Below, one piece after another: positions 11,339 to 19,021 of a stretch of DNA of 64,000 bases; position 1 is the first letter of the stretch, and each line of letters begins with the position of its first letter. The position numbers were made by a program, and so were the translations under genes. The stretch lies in contig OY762463.1 of NCBI GenBank assembly GCA_963665815.1, positions 1,472,001 to 1,536,000 of the forward strand, written 5' to 3'. The stretch is from Candidatus Cloacimonadales bacterium (GTDB taxonomy: Bacteria; Cloacimonadota; Cloacimonadia; Cloacimonadales; JAIOQZ01). Below the pieces are notes generated by a model. It had not been told where the DNA came from, ran no database searches, and saw only the letters and a program-made list of their open reading frames with translations.

Positions 11339-11554
11339 ATGAAACTATGGTATAATCCCGAACTTAAAGAAAAAGCAAAGGTGTTGAGAAGTAATTCAAC
11401 GTTGGCAGAAGTACTTTTCTGGAATCAGTTAAGGGACAAGAAATTAGGGTATGATTTTCACCGACAGAAACCAATCGACTATTATATTGTGGATTTCTAT
11501 TGCCCAAAGCTGAATCTTATAATTGAAATTGACGATTCCGATTATAAAGATTAA
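11339..11554 (+). pseudogene. Truncated DUF559 gene, copy 2
   Basis: Near-identical to 10050-10265 with the same truncation point. Confidence 0.75.
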
Positions 11555-12035
11555 AACCTTGCGAATGGTTGATAAACCTTCGCAATGGTTGCCAAGTGAA
11601 GCAGAATCTCACCATTCGCAAGGTCAAAAGACCATTGCGAAGGTGGAAGAAAAAATCTTGCGTTTTTTACACAGTCTGTCAGTCTATTTTGTTACCCATG
11701 TCCTCGGTTGATACCGAGGCTTTTGCGTCGATTGGGGATCAGGAAATCCTTGAATCCTGTATATCATGGTTCATAATATTTATTGAGACAACCGTCCGGT
11801 TGTCTCTACGCGGTTGGCAGAGCTGCTGAGTATGTGAACACCGTAGAGAGGTAGCATGCAACGTCTGAGGTTAGGAGACACAAAATATTGTGTCTCTACA
11901 CAGCAGGTGATGCCTTACAGTTCTTCCAGACAGCAGATTGCTGACAGACAACAAACGAAAATATTTTTATATCTTGAGTTCAATAATTAAGTTGACAAAT
12001 ATTCTTATAACTGTATTTATTTACATGGAAATATG

Positions 12036-12221
12036 TTATTAGAAGCAACTCGATGTCGAGTACTCGACTTCTCCGTTTGGTTAAAGAAGATGACTATTGC
12101 ATTTCTTGTAATTAACTTGAACATTCAATTGAGCCTTAAACCAATTAAAAATGAAGGAGTTTCTATGATGAACAATACAAAAAAAGTTGAAGCATTAACG
12201 AAGTCGAGTCGCTTGTAGTAA
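12036..12221 (+). ncRNA. Candidate structured RNA / leader upstream of the DUF3800 gene
   Basis: Long-range stem 12036-12053/12204-12221 (16 of 18 paired), internal stems, and an alternative perfect 10-bp pairing; TTGACA at 11992. Confidence 0.45.
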
Positions 12222-12250
12222 TTAATAATTATAGAGAATGAGGTGTTTTA

Positions 12251-13468
12251 GTGAATCATCAGACAATTGAATCAGCAACTGAAAAGGCAAAACATATTTA
12301 TATTGATGAATTTGGGAACAATGGATTTGATTTCGAAAAGCAAGGAGTATCAACGCATTTTATTCTAACTTCAATAATTGTAAATCCTGAGGATGTGGAT
12401 GAGATTAGTCAATCTTCAGAAGAAATACGAGAAGGTCTACATCTTAAGGATGAACTGAAATTTAGTAGCTTTAAAAAGAAGTTTCACAATCAGCAAATTT
12501 TCAACGAAAAATTATTAGGCATATGTAATACTCTTAAACGGCTAAATCTGCAGATAATATGCTTTGTTTTTGACAAGAGAAAGATTTTTGAAGATTCTCC
12601 TATAAGGAACTATAAAAAAACGTTTTATAAGTTCTTGAACAGTAAATTGTATGATGAACTCTGGTCAAGGTTCCAGTCCTTGAGGATTGAAGCAGACGAG
12701 CATGGCTCTAGAGATTTCATGGATGAGTTTAAAAACTATTTCCATAAAAAGTCTGGAATTTCACAAGATGATCTTTTTTGTCCTTATGAGTTTAGATTCA
12801 GGAATAGTATAGATAGTCCTTTAGTACAATTAGCTGATTTCGTTGCAGGTTTGTTTTCTATTGGATTTGATGAGAAAGCAAAGCTTGATATTTATGAAAG
12901 CTGTTTTGCTTTGATTGAAGAAAAAGTGATTACAATTGAGGAATGGCCTTATAGTTATGAGAAACTTATTGATAAGAAAGTTAACTTATTAAATTCATCA
13001 GAAATTAACCGCACGATTTCTGTTGGAAGTATACGAAAATGCAGGAACTATATTTCTGATAATATTGAAAGCAATGAAGAATACTGTGTTGAAAGAATGA
13101 TTGTTCTGAAAAGATTGCTTTGGGAATTCAGAAATAACATAAAAGCAAAATACTTAACATCCAGTGATCTAATCGAGTGTATCGCCGAACAGACAGGCAA
13201 AAGGTTCACAAAACATGAGTTTATGCATTATATTATCGGTCATCTTAGGGATTCTGAAGTTATAATTTCTAGCAGCGAACAAGGATATAAAATTCCGACA
13301 AATGAAGCTGATATATATTCATATGTAAATAGATCATTTAGTAATATTGATCCAATGATGAATAGACTAAAAGTTTGTAGGAAAGAAATCCTTAAGCTTA
13401 CAGGTGGTGAATTAGATATACTTAGCCAAGAGAAATTTGATAATATCAGAAGGTATCTTAATTTGTAG
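12251..13468 (+). CDS. DUF3800 domain protein with a C-terminal putative winged-helix region
   Basis: 'IYIDEFG' N-terminal motif and 'DSPLVQLADFVAG' QxAD motif; extra ~170-aa C-terminus. Confidence 0.82.
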   Translation: MNHQTIESATEKAKHIYIDEFGNNGFDFEKQGVSTHFILTSIIVNPEDVDEISQSSEEIREGLHLKDELKFSSFKKKFHNQQIFNEKLLGICNTLKRLNLQIICFVFDKRKIFEDSPIRNYKKTFYKFLNSKLYDELWSRFQSLRIEADEHGSRDFMDEFKNYFHKKSGISQDDLFCPYEFRFRNSIDSPLVQLADFVAGLFSIGFDEKAKLDIYESCFALIEEKVITIEEWPYSYEKLIDKKVNLLNSSEINRTISVGSIRKCRNYISDNIESNEEYCVERMIVLKRLLWEFRNNIKAKYLTSSDLIECIAEQTGKRFTKHEFMHYIIGHLRDSEVIISSSEQGYKIPTNEADIYSYVNRSFSNIDPMMNRLKVCRKEILKLTGGELDILSQEKFDNIRRYLNL

Positions 13469-13658
13469 ACTCAGCCTCAAGTTACCCTCGGCTAACATTC
13501 AGCCCTTGTCTCAAGCCAAAATACAGCCATAACACACTTTATAATCACCATTGATTTATACCCCGAAAAAAGGTGCAAAAAAACTAATATTTAGCTTGAC
13601 TTTAAAATCGACCCAAAAATATTGATATAAAAATATTGAATTGGAAGGAACTGAATTA

Positions 13659-14303
13659 ATGATGAATGATTCTGTTTCATTGTATACTATACGTCGTTTA
13701 CCGTTATACCTTGAATTTTTAAAAGAACTCAAAGCAGCCGATGTGGAATTTACCTCGGCTTCAGAAATAGCACGCAATTTAAAAATATATCCTACTCAGG
13801 TCAGAAAAGACCTTACTATCGCAGGACTCACAGGAAAACCAAGAGTCGGTCACAAAGTTGACGAGTCAATCATTTTAATCGAAGAATTCTTAGGCTGGGA
13901 TCACTCTCTCAATACTGTCGTGGTTGGAGCAGGTAATCTTGCCAGAGCGCTGCTGCGTTATCACGATATGAATGTGACAGGCTTAAGTATCAAGGCTCTT
14001 ACAGATAACGATCCTGCTAAATTCGGAACTCACGTAAAAGGGCTCAAAGTCTATTCAAATGATGACCTCGCAAAAATCCGCGATGAATTTGATATTCAGG
14101 TGGGAATAATTGCTACTCCTGCATCCGAAGCACAGAATGCAGCGGATATGCTTATCGAAAACAAGATTACTACTCTGTGGAACTTCACTACCGTCCGCAT
14201 CAAAGTGCCGGAAAATGTATTTGTGGAGCAGACTTGTCTGTACTGCAACATGGCAGTGGTGACCTACCATCATAACAAAAGAAATTTGATAGAATACAAA
14301 TAA
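13659..14303 (+). CDS. rex: Redox-sensing transcriptional repressor Rex (divergent)
   Basis: 'TIRRLPLY', 'QVRKDL', 'VVGAGNL', 'LWNFT'; ATG 13659 follows GGAAGG (the ORF track starts at TTG 13641). Confidence 0.88.
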   Translation: MMNDSVSLYTIRRLPLYLEFLKELKAADVEFTSASEIARNLKIYPTQVRKDLTIAGLTGKPRVGHKVDESIILIEEFLGWDHSLNTVVVGAGNLARALLRYHDMNVTGLSIKALTDNDPAKFGTHVKGLKVYSNDDLAKIRDEFDIQVGIIATPASEAQNAADMLIENKITTLWNFTTVRIKVPENVFVEQTCLYCNMAVVTYHHNKRNLIEYK

Positions 14304-14336
14304 AAAAACAAAACCAAAATTATTTGGAGGAATTGG

Positions 14337-14699
14337 ATGAAAAAACTCGAAGAATTACGTAAGATCAGAGAAAAAGCTCAACAAAACATGGCTTTAAGAA
14401 ACGCTGATCACCGTGTAAAGATTGTTGTTTCCATGGGAACATCCGGAATCGCAATGGGTGCCCGTCAGGTAATGAAAGCATTCCTGGAAGCTATCCAGGC
14501 AAAAGGACTTACTGATGTTGTTGTAACACAGACAGGAGAAAAAGGAATTTCCTCAATGGAACCTGTAGTAGATGTATACGTAAAAGACATGCCTCAAGTC
14601 ACATACGGATACATGAACCCTGAAAAAGTTGCTGAAGTAATGGAAAAACACATCATCGGTGGAGAAGTTGTAGCAGAATATGTTGCTGCAGCAGAATAA
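14337..14699 (+). CDS. Thioredoxin-like small hydrogenase subunit (HndB/HydD-like), Cys-free
   Basis: 'IVVSMGTSGIAMGA...QTGEKGISSMEPVVDV...TYG' aligns to HndB-type ferredoxins but contains no Cys. Confidence 0.8.
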   Translation: MKKLEELRKIREKAQQNMALRNADHRVKIVVSMGTSGIAMGARQVMKAFLEAIQAKGLTDVVVTQTGEKGISSMEPVVDVYVKDMPQVTYGYMNPEKVAEVMEKHIIGGEVVAEYVAAAE

Positions 14700-14732
14700 G
14701 AAGGAACTCAAAAAATAATATAAGGAGAAATT

Positions 14733-15188
14733 ATGTACGATAAGATTTTCGAAAAGTACGAAGCTGTAAAATCTAATCTGATTTACATCCTGCATGATAT
14801 CCAGGATCAGCATCCTCAGCATTATATTTCAGAAGAAGCTGTTGCCGCTGTATCTAACTATCTCAATGTACCGGAAAGTCACATTTTCGGTGTTCTTACA
14901 TTCTACACAATGTACTCAACAAAACCAAGAGGAAAGAACATTATCCGTTTATGTGAATCTCCTCCATGCTGGCTTAAAGGTTCAGACGCTGTTCACAAAA
15001 CACTCAAAGATTATCTTGGAGTAAAAACAGGCGAAACAACTCAAGACGGTGAATTCACTCTTGAACTTTGCGCATGCCTCGGTGTTTGCGGTAACGCTCC
15101 TGTAATGATGGTGAACGAAGATGTTTACGGTGACCTTACTCCTGACAGAGTTAAAAAGATCATCGATGAAATCAGAGGAGGCGAATAA
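14733..15188 (+). CDS. hydC: NuoE-like [2Fe-2S] hydrogenase subunit (HydC/HndA)
   Basis: 'TFYTMY', 'CESPPC' and 'CLGVCGNAPVMMVN'. Confidence 0.9.
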   Translation: MYDKIFEKYEAVKSNLIYILHDIQDQHPQHYISEEAVAAVSNYLNVPESHIFGVLTFYTMYSTKPRGKNIIRLCESPPCWLKGSDAVHKTLKDYLGVKTGETTQDGEFTLELCACLGVCGNAPVMMVNEDVYGDLTPDRVKKIIDEIRGGE

Positions 15189-16750
15189 TGAAAACTACAC
15201 GCACTCACATTTTATTCGGTATGGACGATGCTAGTATTGCTGCAGGAACAAGTGCTGTTCAAGCTGCAATCAAAGCTGAAATAGAAAAAAACGGTCTTCA
15301 GGAAGAAGTAGAAGTACTTGAAACCGGTTCACTTAATTTCTTCGATAAAGGCGTGAACTGTGTTGTTTATCCTGACAACGTTACATATATTAACCTCAAA
15401 TTAGAAGATGCTGAAGAACTCGTAAGAGAGCACTTTGTAAAAGGTCGTCCTGTAAAAAGACTCCTTATGACAGCTCCTGAAAAAGTTCAGATTGACATGA
15501 ACTACGACACAAGAATCGTTCTCAAAAATTCAGGTATTATTGATCCTGAAAACATTGAAGAATATCTTGGAGCAGGCGGTTACATTGCATGGGAAAAAGC
15601 ACTTCTTAATATGAAGCCAATGGCTATCATTGATGAAGTTAAGAAATCAGGTCTGAGAGGACGTGGTGGAGCCGGATTCCCTGCGGGACTCAAATGGAGT
15701 TTCACAGCACCAATCGAAGCTGAACAAAAATTATTTGTTATCAATGCTGACGAAGGTGAACCGGGAACTTTCAAAGATCGTCTTATTATGGAAGGTGATC
15801 CTCATAAACTTCTTGAAGGTATTATGATCGGATCATATGCTGTTGGCGCAACCAAAGCTTACATATATATTCGCGGTGAATACAAATTATGTATAAACCG
15901 TTTGAATAAAGCGATCGAGCAGGCTCGCGAATATGGCCTCCTTGGAGAAAATATCTTCGAATCAGGATTTAATCTTGACATAGAAGTGATGATTGGCGCA
16001 GGTGCTTATGTATGCGGTGAAGAAACTGCATTGATTGAATCTATGGAAGGAAATCGTGGAAACCCACGTTCCAAGCCACCTTTCCCAGGCGTTAAAGGTG
16101 CTTGGCAAAAGCCTACAGTTGTCAACAACGTGGAAACTATAGCTAATGTTCCTGCGATCATTAACAATGGCGGCGAGTGGTATGCTAAACTCGGAACCGA
16201 AAAATCAACCGGTACAAAAGTATACACCATACTCGGTGATGTTGAAATGCCAGGTCTTACAGAAGTAGAAATGGGTACACCATTACGTAAGATCATCAAC
16301 GAGTACGGCGGTGGAATGAAAGACGGCAAGAAATTCAAAGCCGCTCTTATCGGTGGTAGTGCAGGCGTTATCCTTAACGAAGACCTTGTTAACGTTAAGA
16401 TGGACTATGAAAGTCTTGGAGACAACGCAGCTGTTCTTGGTTCCGGAGCTATTCTTGTAATGAATGAAGATGTTCCAATGGTAGAAATGCTTGCATCTAT
16501 TATTCATTTCTTCGAGCATGAGTCATGCGGTAAATGTCGTCCATGTGCACTCGGTACAAAACAGCTCGAAAAACTGATCAAGAAAGTTCAGAAAGGTGAA
16601 GCTACAGTTGAAGATTTAGACTACATGATTACTCTTTCAGAGATAATGCAGCAGTCTTCCTTCTGTGCATTAGGTCAATCATTAATCATGCCGGTAAAAA
16701 GCGCTATTGAGAACTTCCGGGATGAATTTTTAGCAAGAATTGAAAAATAG
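15188..16750 (+). CDS. hydB: NuoF-like FMN/NAD-binding hydrogenase subunit (HydB/HndC), short form
   Basis: 'SGLRGRGGAGFP', 'NADEGEPGTFKDR', 'GAYVCGEETAL', 'ESCGKCRPC...SFCALG'. Confidence 0.92.
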   Translation: MKTTRTHILFGMDDASIAAGTSAVQAAIKAEIEKNGLQEEVEVLETGSLNFFDKGVNCVVYPDNVTYINLKLEDAEELVREHFVKGRPVKRLLMTAPEKVQIDMNYDTRIVLKNSGIIDPENIEEYLGAGGYIAWEKALLNMKPMAIIDEVKKSGLRGRGGAGFPAGLKWSFTAPIEAEQKLFVINADEGEPGTFKDRLIMEGDPHKLLEGIMIGSYAVGATKAYIYIRGEYKLCINRLNKAIEQAREYGLLGENIFESGFNLDIEVMIGAGAYVCGEETALIESMEGNRGNPRSKPPFPGVKGAWQKPTVVNNVETIANVPAIINNGGEWYAKLGTEKSTGTKVYTILGDVEMPGLTEVEMGTPLRKIINEYGGGMKDGKKFKAALIGGSAGVILNEDLVNVKMDYESLGDNAAVLGSGAILVMNEDVPMVEMLASIIHFFEHESCGKCRPCALGTKQLEKLIKKVQKGEATVEDLDYMITLSEIMQQSSFCALGQSLIMPVKSAIENFRDEFLARIEK

Positions 16751-16766
16751 TAAACGGAGGTTATAA

Positions 16767-18560
16767 ATGAGTAATGTTAAACTTATGATTAACAACATTG
16801 AGGTAGAAGTACCTCAAGGTACAACGTTAATCCAGGCTGCGAAGAAAGCAGGTTACAAGGTTCCTACATTATGTTACCACCCAGACTGGAAACCGACTTC
16901 AGCATGTGGTGTTTGTATTGTAGATATCGAAGGCTCTCCAGTCCCAAAAAGAGCTTGTTCAACAGAAGTTTGGGAAGGAATGAAAGTAACCACAAACAGC
17001 AAAAAACTCCGTGAAGCAAGAAAAACTCTCATTGAACTTATACTTGCAAATCACGATGTTACATGTCCTACATGTGTTGCGAATGGTAAATGTGAATTAC
17101 AGGAAATCGCTTATACATTAGATATCGATCCTGAAGCTGTTCCTAGCATGCTTAAAAAAGTTCCTGTTGATCATTCTTCAGTTTCCATAATCAGAGACGT
17201 AAACAAATGTATCAACTGTGGACGCTGTGTTCAGGTTTGTTCAGATGGTCAGACAGTTAATGCACTGACATTCTCAAATCGTGGATTCGAAACAAAAATC
17301 GATACAGCTTTAAGCCTTGGTATGGCTAACTCTGTATGTGTTAATTGTGGTCAGTGTACAGTATACTGCCCAACAGGCGCATTACATGAAAAAGACGATA
17401 CAGCAAAAGTATGGGATGCTCTTCTTGATCCTACAAAACACGTTGTAGTACAGGAAGCTCCATCTATCCGTGCATCACTCGGTGAAGAATTCGGAATGGA
17501 ATTTGGTGAAGTAAATATTGGTAAAATGTATGCAGCACTTAAGAGACTTGGTTTCGACGGTGTATTCGATACAAACTTTACTGCTGACCTTACAATCATC
17601 GAAGAAGGTTCAGAAGTTGTTGATCGTGTTGTTAATGGTGGTCCATTACCATGTATAACATCATGTTCACCAGGCTGGGTAAAATTCATGGAAACATTCT
17701 TCCCTGATCTTGCACACCATGTATCAACTGCAAAGTCACCTCAGCAAATGATGGGTACTCTTGCAAAAACATACTATGCTGAACAAAAAAGTATTGATGC
17801 AAAAGATATAGTATCTGTATCAATCATGCCTTGTACAGCTAAGAAATTCGAAGCTCAAAGAGATGAAATGTCTGATTCTAAATATCAAGACGTAGATTAC
17901 GTTCTTACAACAAGAGAATTAATCAGAATGATTCACGAAGCAGGTATGGATTTCAAAAACCTTCCTGAAGAAGAACCATATTATGAACTTTCACATCACA
18001 CTGGTGCCGGAACTATTTTTGGTGCTACAGGTGGTGTTATGGAAGCTGCACTGCGTTCAGTATACTGGCTGGTAAATAAAAAAGACCTTGGTGATGTAGA
18101 AATAACACCTGTTCGTGGTCTTAAAGGTATCAAAGAAGCTGAAGTTGCTCTCACACCAGACCTTACTGTTAAAGTTGCAGTTGCTCACGGACTTGGAAAT
18201 GCAAGAAAACTCATGGAAAAAGTTCAAAAGCAAATCAAAGAAACAGGTAAGAGCGAATATACATTCATCGAAATCATGGCTTGCCCTGGTGGATGTGTTG
18301 GCGGTGGTGGACAACCATTCGGTAACTCAATGGCTGACCGTGCACGCCGTGGAGAAAGACTGTATGAAGATGATAGAAATCTTCCTGCAAGATGCTCACA
18401 CCATAACGAAGCTGTAATGGGACTCTATGGCGAAGGTAACTTCCTTCCTGAAGGTCCTGGTGGTCATAAAGCTCACCATCTGCTTCATACTCACTATTAC
18501 TCAAGAGAAAAATTCAAGGGTCAAATAGTTGAGCAAGTTACAGGTAAAGATCATCACTAA
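16767..18560 (+). CDS. hydA: [FeFe]-hydrogenase catalytic subunit, group A
   Basis: H-cluster motifs 'TSCSPGW', 'MPCTAKKFE', 'EIMACPGGCVGGGG'; N-terminal 2Fe-2S, His-ligated 4Fe-4S and 2x4Fe-4S motifs. Confidence 0.96.
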   Translation: MSNVKLMINNIEVEVPQGTTLIQAAKKAGYKVPTLCYHPDWKPTSACGVCIVDIEGSPVPKRACSTEVWEGMKVTTNSKKLREARKTLIELILANHDVTCPTCVANGKCELQEIAYTLDIDPEAVPSMLKKVPVDHSSVSIIRDVNKCINCGRCVQVCSDGQTVNALTFSNRGFETKIDTALSLGMANSVCVNCGQCTVYCPTGALHEKDDTAKVWDALLDPTKHVVVQEAPSIRASLGEEFGMEFGEVNIGKMYAALKRLGFDGVFDTNFTADLTIIEEGSEVVDRVVNGGPLPCITSCSPGWVKFMETFFPDLAHHVSTAKSPQQMMGTLAKTYYAEQKSIDAKDIVSVSIMPCTAKKFEAQRDEMSDSKYQDVDYVLTTRELIRMIHEAGMDFKNLPEEEPYYELSHHTGAGTIFGATGGVMEAALRSVYWLVNKKDLGDVEITPVRGLKGIKEAEVALTPDLTVKVAVAHGLGNARKLMEKVQKQIKETGKSEYTFIEIMACPGGCVGGGGQPFGNSMADRARRGERLYEDDRNLPARCSHHNEAVMGLYGEGNFLPEGPGGHKAHHLLHTHYYSREKFKGQIVEQVTGKDHH

Positions 18561-18614
18561 ATAAAAATTTTGCGAAGGACAAAATTTAATATTAAAAATT
18601 TATATAATTAAATG

Positions 18615-18642
18615 TTGTCTGACTGTAATAATTTAGTATAAT
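18615..18642 (+). promoter_or_regulatory. Putative sigma70-type promoter of the maturation operon
   Basis: TTGTCT-16 nt-TATAAT. Confidence 0.55.
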
Positions 18643-18663
18643 ATAGAAAAAGAATTTATTACT

Positions 18664-18755
18664 ATCCTGAGATGAAGGAGTAAATCTAACATTCAGGGAT
18701 GGGGAGATAGATACTATTATAACCTCCGTGTCCCTGTGTGGACCGGAGGTTTTTT
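18664..18755 (+). promoter_or_regulatory. Attenuator-like leader (5' hairpin / antiterminator / terminator covering the RBS)
   Basis: Terminator aacctccg-t-gtcc/ggac-cggaggtt-tttt (18721-18755); antiterminator 18694-18706/18724-18736; competing hairpin 18664-18700. Confidence 0.6.
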
Positions 18756-18756
18756 C

Positions 18757-19005
18757 GTGAAAAGAATACATAATATTTCTATAACAGTTTATGAACGTGA
18801 AACAGCGTACAAACAGGTAAATACTATTTTACACGACTACGCAGAGGAACTTTTACTGCGTGTGGGGTATCCGGTTAAAGACCGTGATATAGCAATTATT
18901 TTTCTCGTTGCAGAAATGACAACTGACGAACTCGGAGCACTGACAGGAAAATTGGGTCAGATTAAATCCGTGAAAGTCAAATCAACAACTTTAAAAACAA
19001 ATTAA
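18757..19005 (+). CDS. TM1266 family iron-only hydrogenase system regulator (ACT-like)
   Basis: 'VNTILHDYAE.LLLRVGYP...LGALTGKLGQI.SVKVKS'; GTG 18757 follows GGAGG; lies directly before hydG. Confidence 0.85.
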   Translation: MKRIHNISITVYERETAYKQVNTILHDYAEELLLRVGYPVKDRDIAIIFLVAEMTTDELGALTGKLGQIKSVKVKSTTLKTN

Positions 19006-19021
19006 AAATACAGAGGTAATT

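Larger units (their letters stand above)
9827..11925. repeat. Duplicated cluster of REP-like palindromes and DUF559 fragments
   Basis: ~9880-10410 is near-identical to ~11168-11700; ~10460-10680 is an internally deleted third copy; ~10765-10960 matches ~11725-11925; many palindromes. Confidence 0.88.

Noticed and set aside
10240-11829. ORFs 10240, 10507, 10547, 10996, 11523 and 11569
   Set aside because: They are translations of palindromic repeat DNA, their frames differ between copies, and they show no protein motifs.
9827-11925. Possible CRISPR array
   Set aside because: No regular repeat-spacer period, the sequence between palindromes is itself duplicated, and no cas genes are present.
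18661-18710. SAM-I riboswitch (ctatc...gatag resembles P1)
   Set aside because: Far too short and lacks the kink-turn, GCAAC and GTGC core.
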